From: Gammaproteobacteria bacterium
GTDB taxonomy: Bacteria > Pseudomonadota > Gammaproteobacteria > DSM-19610
Reading direction: 5' to 3'
DNA length: 24,000 bases
NCBI GenBank assembly: GCA_036480335.1
Contig: JAZGGH010000106.1
Coordinates: 12,309-36,308 of the forward strand
Shown: positions 8,644 through 15,249 of the stretch, one piece after another
How positions within the stretch are numbered: the stretch's first letter is position 1
How the letters are laid out: the number at the start of each line of letters is the position of its first letter
Made by a program: the position numbers and the translations under genes
Notes under the pieces: generated by a model
The model's database searches: none
Told to the model about the DNA's origin: nothing
What the model saw: the letters and a program-made list of their open reading frames with translations, nothing else

Positions 8644-10109
8644 AATGACAGTCCGGAAAAAAGCGCGCCAAGCTGGGCGACAGACGCAGACATCATCGCC
8701 AGGACTGTGTGGGGTGCGATGCCGATGCTAACGATACAAACGGATAATAATCCGGCGGCAGCCACTTCGGAGCCGTGTAGATCCTTGATCTTGTGCATAC
8801 CCGGCCGTACCGGGCCTGTAAACAGGCGGCCGATTGTACGTATCGAATAAGCGGCGCTGATCATAATGCCCAGACTGACCAGCAGCATCACCCAGCCCCA
8901 GCGTTCAAATCCGCCAATGATGGTATGCAGTTCTGCGATGAAACCGGCAGTGCCTGGAATGCCCATTCCGGCCAGTAGTGCCAGTGAGGTGAAAAAGGCA
9001 AAGCGTGGGGTCACCTGAATCAGCGAACTGTAGTGATTAATGTCACGCGTGTTGGTGCGTTCATAGAGCAGGCCGATCAATAGGAACAGGGCTGCCGCGA
9101 CCAGCCCGTGAGCGACCATTTGCATCACTGCACCGCTCAGGCCGGCCTTGTTTAAAGAGGCGATTCCCAACAGAACAATGCCCATATGACTGACTGATGA
9201 ATAAGCAATCATGGCTTTCAGGTCCGTCTGTCGCCAGGCGAGCAGCCCACCATATATCAGGCTGAACAAAGCCAGGCCTGCGAGAATATTTTGCAATGCC
9301 AATGCGGCCTCGGGCAACATGGTGACTGCTCGAATCAGTCCGTAGCAACCCATTTTCAGCAGAATCCCGGAGAGCAGAATACTCACAGGGCTGGGCGCTT
9401 CAACATGCGCAAGCGGTAACCAGCCATGCAGGGGAAAAATCGGCATCTTGACGCCAAAACCCAGTAGCAGGCCGAGAAAAATCAGTATCTGGGTGTGGAC
9501 AGGCAATAATCGGGCGCCGGTGGCGATATCCTCTATATAAAAGGAATGCCCCGGGATCGCATCAAACACAACCAGCAAACTAATCAGCATGAACACGGAG
9601 CCGCCCATCGTGTATAACACAAAATTCAGTGCCGCCTGATGCTTGCGTTTTCCACCCCAGCGATCGATCAGAAAAAATAGTGGGATCAGTGTCAGTTCCC
9701 AGAAGATGTAAAACAGTGACCAGTCCTGTGCCATAAAGACACCCAGCATCGCCGTTTCCAGAATCAACATGAGTGAAAAATAGGCTTTGTAATTTGTCAG
9801 GATTTTATTAGAAACCAGAATAGCCAAAAAACATAGCAAGGTTGCCAGCAGCACCATCGGATAGGAAATCCCGTCGATACCCAGAGCAAAGGAGGTGCCC
9901 AGTCGCGTGTTCCAGGGAGTAATATGGCTGAACTGCAGTGCAGCAGAGGAAAAATCAAAATTGAATAACAGGCTCCACGACAGCGCCAGTGTGGCAACGG
10001 ATGTCGCGATCGCTATGGCGTGGATATGCTTTCGGCTCTGTTTCGGCCAAAAAGCAATCAGTACCGTCCCCAGGAGCGGCATGCCCAGTAATATGGTCAA
10101 TACATGCAT
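8640..10109 (-). CDS. NuoM/NdhD/MrpD-class proton-antiporter-like membrane subunit (paralog 1, first gene of the DAB-type operon)
   Basis: 489-aa polytopic protein with a fully canonical signature set: FYIFWELTLIPLFF, GFGVKMPIFPLHGWLPLAHVEAPSPVS, GILLKMGCYGLIR and GTAGFIAELHTI. Its stop overlaps the dabA start as ATGA (8640-8643). Confidence 0.85.
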   Translation of the reverse strand: MHVLTILLGMPLLGTVLIAFWPKQSRKHIHAIAIATSVATLALSWSLLFNFDFSSAALQFSHITPWNTRLGTSFALGIDGISYPMVLLATLLCFLAILVSNKILTNYKAYFSLMLILETAMLGVFMAQDWSLFYIFWELTLIPLFFLIDRWGGKRKHQAALNFVLYTMGGSVFMLISLLVVFDAIPGHSFYIEDIATGARLLPVHTQILIFLGLLLGFGVKMPIFPLHGWLPLAHVEAPSPVSILLSGILLKMGCYGLIRAVTMLPEAALALQNILAGLALFSLIYGGLLAWRQTDLKAMIAYSSVSHMGIVLLGIASLNKAGLSGAVMQMVAHGLVAAALFLLIGLLYERTNTRDINHYSSLIQVTPRFAFFTSLALLAGMGIPGTAGFIAELHTIIGGFERWGWVMLLVSLGIMISAAYSIRTIGRLFTGPVRPGMHKIKDLHGSEVAAAGLLSVCIVSIGIAPHTVLAMMSASVAQLGALFSGLSL

Positions 10110-10391
10110 GAGTTTTTCATTTTTAGGGTGTGGCGACGAGCTGTACTATTGCTCGCGAGTATTAGCAGCATAAATATACCATAATCAGGCAGGGTTGCAG
10201 GCGTTTCATTGGTCTGCAATCTACCCGTAAAATGATGGCGCATTTTATGTCATGGTCTTTGATAATCATGCAATATATTGCATTGCGATACTGCGATAAT
10301 TTTGTGCTACTGTCACCTGATCAAGGGAAACTGCAGGAGTTTTTCGAGAATTTTCTGTATTCAGTCAATTCTGATTCAGGATCAGAGACCG

Positions 10392-11540
10392 CTAAAAAGG
10401 TAGCAATATCTCTTTTGCTTTTTCCATTGCGTGGATGGCTAATTCAAGATCAACTTTGTCAGGATTTTCTGCGGACTGGGCATTGAGTTTTTCAAACAGC
10501 TCCGCTTGTTCCCAGGTCCAGTGATTGTCGTTCGTATCTTTAATATACGCTGCCCAGGGGATGAATTTTGTCAGTGGGAAAAGCTGGCCTTGATTGGGTG
10601 AAATATCCACATTCAGGCCGGATATGAACATGACGTTTTTTCCCCGATAAGCGTTGTCCTGCACGATAGTCCTGAACGCCCGATCAAATTCTACCTGGGT
10701 GTTGGCCTGGGCAGCGGTCAGGGCAGGCGATCCAGAAGTGACTATATAAGGCATGACGTCTAGCAGATTATTTTCCAGATGGTCACGACCTTCTTCCTGT
10801 TGCTGGGCCGTTTGTCGGCGAAAAAAGAACATGCCAGGATGCAGGCGATCGCCGATGGGTTCACCTTTGCCGGGCTTCCATTCATACCCTTGCAGGAGAT
10901 TGCGTAATGCAGGTGAGGGTGAGAAAGTTTTTGAGGTGCTCTGGGAGTGGCGTATTATCGGATTACCGCTCGAATCCACTTTAACCAGATCTTCCAGTTT
11001 AAGGATTAAGCCCTGGCTTCTGTCAGCATTATGTAGCTGATTATCAATAATAATTTCCGGGCCGGTTTTGCCCTCGCGCAGCAGAATGTTATTTTTGGCA
11101 AACGTATATTCACTCAGGTACCAGTCCAGTGCGCCACAGATTTTTCCACAGCTTGTGGTTTCTTCCTGCTGCTCAGTCTGCAGGCGTCGATAAACGCCAA
11201 ATGTTCTGGATTGTGGGTCGTATCCAACATGGCTCGCCTGGATGATGACAAGGTCCTTGCCATGATGTGCGTAAGGGCCGTGGCGATCAGTTGCCACGAC
11301 GCCTCCCACCAGGCCGTGGTTGAAGGGGAATGAGCCAAAATGCTTGGCAATCAATATGATAGGGTAGCCCTGGCTTTCGTCAGAACAAAATGCCCGCGAT
11401 GGCATGATTTTACCCTGCTCAAAACCTAGCGATTTAGCCAGATTATAAAGTTTTGGCACAAACAGGCTATATCGCATGGAAGTGGGTAGCATCTGGAAAG
11501 AATCAAGCAAGTCTGCAATTGAGCTGCTGGTGCCGTACAT
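10392..11540 (-). CDS. Soluble uncharacterized protein; candidate LCIB / theta-carbonic-anhydrase-like (beta-CA fold) protein
   Basis: 382-aa ORF with an AGGGA Shine-Dalgarno 6 nt upstream and no long hydrophobic segments. Candidate metal ligands are AFCSDESQGYP (Cys52, nt 11385-11387; Cys-x-Asp), ASHVGYD (His104, nt 11229-11231) and SCGKICGA (Cys131/Cys135, nt 11136-11150). The spacing is close to the Cys46/His102/Cys126 triad I recall for Phaeodactylum LCIB4. That the ORF is coding is solid; the family call is tentative. Confidence 0.5.
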   Translation of the reverse strand: MYGTSSSIADLLDSFQMLPTSMRYSLFVPKLYNLAKSLGFEQGKIMPSRAFCSDESQGYPIILIAKHFGSFPFNHGLVGGVVATDRHGPYAHHGKDLVIIQASHVGYDPQSRTFGVYRRLQTEQQEETTSCGKICGALDWYLSEYTFAKNNILLREGKTGPEIIIDNQLHNADRSQGLILKLEDLVKVDSSGNPIIRHSQSTSKTFSPSPALRNLLQGYEWKPGKGEPIGDRLHPGMFFFRRQTAQQQEEGRDHLENNLLDVMPYIVTSGSPALTAAQANTQVEFDRAFRTIVQDNAYRGKNVMFISGLNVDISPNQGQLFPLTKFIPWAAYIKDTNDNHWTWEQAELFEKLNAQSAENPDKVDLELAIHAMEKAKEILLPF

Positions 11541-11707
11541 AGCAATCCCTGTGATTATGATCGATGCCAGTGTACTTGGCTGGTTTGGTAATCGCCAGTG
11601 CAGGTGATTGAATCGTTAATTAAAGCCGATTCTGATACGATCTCATGCATTTTTAGTTAAAATATTTTTAGAGTCATTGTATAGACGATTGCTTAAAGCG
11701 ATCGCTA

Positions 11708-11733
11708 TTTATATAGATAATTATCTATATAAA
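11708..11733. promoter_or_regulatory. 26-bp perfect palindrome TTTATATAGATAATTATCTATATAAA in the cbbL / LCIB-like divergent promoter region; candidate CbbR (LysR) operator
   Basis: I checked all 13 base pairs on each arm around 11720/11721 by hand. The palindrome lies 137 nt upstream of the cbbL ATG. Its half-site ATTATCTATAT (11720-11730) recurs exactly at 19070-19080, just upstream of cbbR. The adjacent CTATTTATA (11705-11713) recurs at 19103-19111. Confidence 0.45.
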
Positions 11734-11869
11734 AGATAAGAAATTTCAATTGGCATAACTCTAGATGGTCTGTATGCTATATAGCTGATTTTTCACTGTT
11801 CTCTAAAAGTTTTGTTTAAAGGCTTTAAATTTTTCGATAACAATTTATTTGTTCACAGGAGACAACGAT

Positions 11870-13288
11870 ATGGCTAAAACCTATAGTGCGGGTGTAAAAG
11901 AATACCGCGAAACGTACTGGACACCAGATTACTCAGTAAAAGAAACAGACATTCTGGCTGTTTTCAAAATTACACCACAAGACGGTGTTCCTCGTGAAGA
12001 AGTTGCTGCTGCAGTAGCTGCTGAATCTTCAACAGGTACATGGACTACAGTGTGGACTGACTTGTTAACTGACCTTGATTACTACAAAGGCCGTTGTTAC
12101 GCAATCGAAGACGTTCCAGGTGATGACACGTGTTTCTACGCTTTCATCGCTTACCCAATCGATCTATTTGAAGAAGGTTCTGTTGTAAACATCCTTACGT
12201 CTTTAGTGGGTAACGTATTCGGCTTTAAAGCACTACGTGCACTTCGTTTAGAAGATATCCGTTTCCCAATTGCTTACGTTATGACTTGTAATGGTCCACC
12301 ACAAGGTATTCAAGTTGAGCGCGACATCCTAAACAAATACGGTCGTCCTTTATTAGGTTGTACTATCAAACCTAAACTTGGTCTTTCTGCTAAAAACTAC
12401 GGTCGTGCTTGTTACGAAGGTTTACGCGGTGGTCTTGATTTCACTAAAGATGACGAAAACGTAAACTCTCAACCATTCATGAGATGGCGTCACCGTTTTG
12501 ACTTCGTTATGGAAGCGATTCATAAAGCTGAAGCTGAAACTGGCGAGCGTAAAGGTCACTACCTAAACGTTACCGCTCCAACTGCTGACGAAATGATGCG
12601 TCGTGCTGAATATGCGAAAGAACTTGGCGCGCCTATCATTATGCATGACTACTTAACGGGTGGTTTATCTGCAAACACACAGTTAGCTCAATGGTGTCAA
12701 AACAACGGTATGTTGTTACACATTCACCGTGCTATGCATGCTGTACTTGACCGCAACCCGCACCACGGTATTCACTTCCGCGTACTCACTAAAGTTCTTC
12801 GTTTGTCTGGTGGTGATCACCTTCATTCAGGTACTGTTGTGGGTAAACTGGAAGGCGACCGTGACGCAACTTTGGGTTGGATCGACACAATGCGTGATTC
12901 ATTTATTAAAGAAGATCGCTCACGTGGTTTATTCTTCGACCAGGATTGGGGTTCTATGCCTGGCGTAATTCCAGTAGCTTCTGGTGGTATTCACGTATGG
13001 CACATGCCTGCACTAGTTTCTATCTTCGGCGATGACTATTGTCTTCAGTTCGGTGGTGGTACATTAGGTCACCCTTGGGGTAACGCTGCGGGTGCGGCTG
13101 CTAACCGTGTTGCTGTTGAAGCATGTGTTGAAGCGCGTAACTCAGGTGTTGAGCTTGAGAAAGAAGGTAAGGATATCCTTACTAAAGCGGCTAAACATAG
13201 CCCAGAGCTTGCAATTGCAATGGAAACCTGGAAAGAGATCAAATTCGAATTTGATACGGTTGACAAGATTGACGTAGCGCATAAGTAA
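11870..13288 (+). CDS. cbbL: RuBisCO large subunit, form IA
   Basis: [21 protein letters not shown]..., the catalytic [10 protein letters not shown] (carbamylated Lys at nt 12446-12448), HIHRAMHAV and [12 protein letters not shown]. The start is ATG 11870, with AGGAG (11857-11861) 8 nt upstream. The track's TTG at 11849 adds 7 unlikely residues. 472 aa. Confidence 0.97.
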   Translation: MAKTYSAGVKEYRETYWTPDYSVKETDILAVFKITPQDGVPREEVAAAVAAESSTGTWTTVWTDLLTDLDYYKGRCYAIEDVPGDDTCFYAFIAYPIDLFEEGSVVNILTSLVGNVFGFKALRALRLEDIRFPIAYVMTCNGPPQGIQVERDILNKYGRPLLGCTIKPKLGLSAKNYGRACYEGLRGGLDFTKDDENVNSQPFMRWRHRFDFVMEAIHKAEAETGERKGHYLNVTAPTADEMMRRAEYAKELGAPIIMHDYLTGGLSANTQLAQWCQNNGMLLHIHRAMHAVLDRNPHHGIHFRVLTKVLRLSGGDHLHSGTVVGKLEGDRDATLGWIDTMRDSFIKEDRSRGLFFDQDWGSMPGVIPVASGGIHVWHMPALVSIFGDDYCLQFGGGTLGHPWGNAAGAAANRVAVEACVEARNSGVELEKEGKDILTKAAKHSPELAIAMETWKEIKFEFDTVDKIDVAHK

Positions 13289-13302
13289 AAGTGTCATCTA
13301 GC

Positions 13303-13341
13303 ACGTTCTGGCGGCGTTGTTTTTCGCGCCAGCCAGAACGT
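13303..13341 (+). other. Strong stem-loop in the cbbL-cbbS intergenic spacer (14 bp with one bulge, 10-nt loop)
   Basis: ACGTTCTGGC (13303-13312) pairs perfectly with GCCAGAACGT (13332-13341). Beyond a bulged A13331, GGCG (13313-13316) pairs with CGCC (13327-13330). No U-run follows, so this is not a classical terminator. It is more likely an mRNA stability or processing element. Confidence 0.4.
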
Positions 13342-13389
13342 ACTATCTAACTACTTTTCGCATAAACAAATTATTTTGGAGTAACTCAA

Positions 13390-13749
13390 ATGAGTGATGT
13401 ACAAGATTACAATTCGAGCTTAAGCGATGCTGCTGCAAGCCGTAAATACGAAACTTTTTCATACCTGCCTACTTTGAGCAAAGAATCTACTCGCGCTCAG
13501 ATTCAATATATCGTTGATAAAGGCTGGAATCCGGGTATCGAACACACTGAACCAGAAAATGCATTTAGCAATTACTGGTACATGTGGAAATTGCCTCTGT
13601 TTGGTGAAACCAACGTAGACACTATCATTGCTGAGCTTGAGGCTTGTCATAAAGCCCATCCGGACAATCATGTTCGTCTGCTAGGTTTTGACAACTTTGC
13701 ACAGTCTGCTGGTGCAGCAATGGTTGTTTACCGCGGCATATCTGTATAG
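13390..13749 (+). CDS. cbbS: RuBisCO small subunit
   Basis: 119 aa. [51 protein letters not shown] is a typical form IA small subunit. TGGAG Shine-Dalgarno upstream. The gene lies 101 nt after cbbL. Confidence 0.93.
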   Translation: MSDVQDYNSSLSDAAASRKYETFSYLPTLSKESTRAQIQYIVDKGWNPGIEHTEPENAFSNYWYMWKLPLFGETNVDTIIAELEACHKAHPDNHVRLLGFDNFAQSAGAAMVVYRGISV

Positions 13750-13775
13750 ATAACAGGTTGTCCTGTCGCTGATTG

Positions 13776-13812
13776 AAGCCTCTGCCGGACGCGTATCTGT
13801 CAGAGGCTTTTT
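13776..13812 (+). terminator. Rho-independent terminator/attenuator after cbbS
   Basis: AAGCCTCTG (13776-13784) pairs with CAGAGGCTT (13801-13809), giving a 7 bp GC-rich core plus 2 A-T pairs and a 16-nt loop. It is followed by a T5 run (13808-13812). Downstream cbb genes start only about 40 nt later, so it probably acts as a partial attenuator. Confidence 0.55.
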
Positions 13813-13852
13813 GCTAAATGCAAGGCAATATTTATTGCTTTAGGGAGTGGGT

Positions 13853-14164
13853 ATGAAGCGACCTGATAAATATATTGGCGTCCACAACGAAGTCAATGGT
13901 GGCATGACCACGATTGGAAAAATTATCCGTGATGCCTGGGTGTTTGATTTGATTGAAGAAACTGAAACCTGTGAAGGCTGGAATTTTGCGGGTATTGATG
14001 CCTTGCTGGATAAGGTCAATCATGAATGGGATAAATATGGTTGTTTAGCAAGTAATTTGCCATCTGAATTGTTTGAGAAACATCAACGAATTCATGGCCA
14101 GGCAATCAAGAATGCTCATGCTGCCGGTTGGTCTGGTGAGGTGGAAACTGAGGATGAAAAATAA
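13853..14164 (+). CDS. Small acidic hypothetical protein encoded between cbbS and cbbQ
   Basis: 103 aa from ATG 13853, with GGGAG (13843-13847) 5 nt upstream. The track's GTG at 13847 adds 2 residues. The sequence is MKRPDKYIGVHNEVNGGMTTIGKIIRDAWVFDLIEETETCEGWNFAGIDALL...EVETEDEK. I recognise no family. Support comes from the RBS, the ORF length and the in-operon position. Confidence 0.6.
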   Translation: MKRPDKYIGVHNEVNGGMTTIGKIIRDAWVFDLIEETETCEGWNFAGIDALLDKVNHEWDKYGCLASNLPSELFEKHQRIHGQAIKNAHAAGWSGEVETEDEK

Positions 14165-14237
14165 ACTATCCGGATAGAATTTATATTTAAGTGTAATTTA
14201 TAATAGAACAAGGTCTTGCAATTAAGAGAGAGTAGCT

Positions 14238-15059
14238 ATGTCCATTACTGAAAATGTTGTAGATACCGAACAATACATCATCAAAGATGAGCCTTACTAT
14301 GAGCCTGTTGGTCAAGAAATAGAGTTATACGAATCTGCCTATGACGTCCGTATGCCGATGATGATAAAAGGTCCTACGGGCTGCGGTAAATCTCGATTTG
14401 TAGAATACATGGCATGGAAACTGGGCAAACCATTAATTACGGTGGCTTGTAATGAAGATATGACCGCTTCTGATTTAGTGGGTCGTTTCCTGCTTGATAA
14501 AGATGGTACAAAATGGCAAGACGGTCCACTGACGACAGCGGCGCGTATGGGTGCTATCTGTTACCTTGATGAAATCGTCGAAGCACGCCAGGATACCACG
14601 GTTGTTATTCATCCACTTACCGATCACCGTCGCAGTCTACCATTAGATAAAAAAGGTGAGTTGATTCAAGCACACCCTGATTTTCAATTGGTTATTTCTT
14701 ATAACCCCGGTTATCAGAGCTTGATGAAAGACTTAAAGCAGTCAACCAAACAGCGTTTTGGTGGTATGGACTTTGATTATCCCGAAGAAAAAATAGAAAT
14801 CAGTATCGTTGCTAAAGAATCGGGTGTTGATGTTGAAACGGCTGAGAAGTTGGTACACATCGCTCACCGTGCACGTAATCTCAAAGGCCACGGCCTGGAT
14901 GAAGGTATATCTACTCGTTTGCTGGTTTATTCTGGTCAGTTAATTGGTAAAGGGGTAGCGCCACTGGATGCATGTAGCATGACAATGGTAACGCCTTTAA
15001 CAGATGATCCTGATATGCGTGATACACTGAATGCAGCGGTTGAAACGTTCTTTGGATAA
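14238..15059 (+). CDS. cbbQ: CbbQ, MoxR-type AAA+ ATPase subunit of the CbbQO RuBisCO activase
   Basis: 273 aa. The Walker A motif GPTGCGKS is at nt 14370-14393 and the Walker B is AICYLDEIVEA. The overall sequence resembles the CbbQ/NirQ/NorQ family, and a cbbO gene lies downstream. Confidence 0.93.
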   Translation: MSITENVVDTEQYIIKDEPYYEPVGQEIELYESAYDVRMPMMIKGPTGCGKSRFVEYMAWKLGKPLITVACNEDMTASDLVGRFLLDKDGTKWQDGPLTTAARMGAICYLDEIVEARQDTTVVIHPLTDHRRSLPLDKKGELIQAHPDFQLVISYNPGYQSLMKDLKQSTKQRFGGMDFDYPEEKIEISIVAKESGVDVETAEKLVHIAHRARNLKGHGLDEGISTRLLVYSGQLIGKGVAPLDACSMTMVTPLTDDPDMRDTLNAAVETFFG

Positions 15060-15249
15060 AGAGTTCACTACCTTCATAATAATTGAAGGTAAGTAAGCTT
15101 GCTGTCATGCAGCAGGTTAAATTCGCAAAAATTTAGAAATTTTTAGTTTCAAATAAGTGCTGTTATTTAATAAGTGTGATAGTACTTATCAATGCCAGTC
15201 ATGTCGCTTTTTGTAAAAGAGAATAGTGATTGGTGAATGAGATGAAATT

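Noticed and set aside
731-10109. Reading the operon as an Mrp Na+/H+ antiporter or a complex I fragment
   Set aside because: The small Mrp subunits (B, C, E, F, G) and NuoA/H/J/K or peripheral-arm genes are absent. A DUF2309 gene with intact beta-CA-like ligands sits in the middle and defines it as DAB-related.
10232-10486. 84-aa + strand ORF spanning the LCIB-like/DAB spacer
   Set aside because: It has no RBS, and it overlaps the 3' end of the LCIB-like gene in antisense. The region is better explained as promoter and operator DNA.
11751-11766. Sigma-54-like TGGCAT upstream of cbbL, and TGGCAC at 21975-21990
   Set aside because: The -12 GC element is missing at the required spacing in both cases (TAGA and TGTA instead of TTGC).
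11849-11869. TTG-initiated 7-residue extension of cbbL (MFTGDND)
   Set aside because: The AGGAG Shine-Dalgarno lies inside it. The canonical RuBisCO N-terminus [12 protein letters not shown] starts at ATG 11870.
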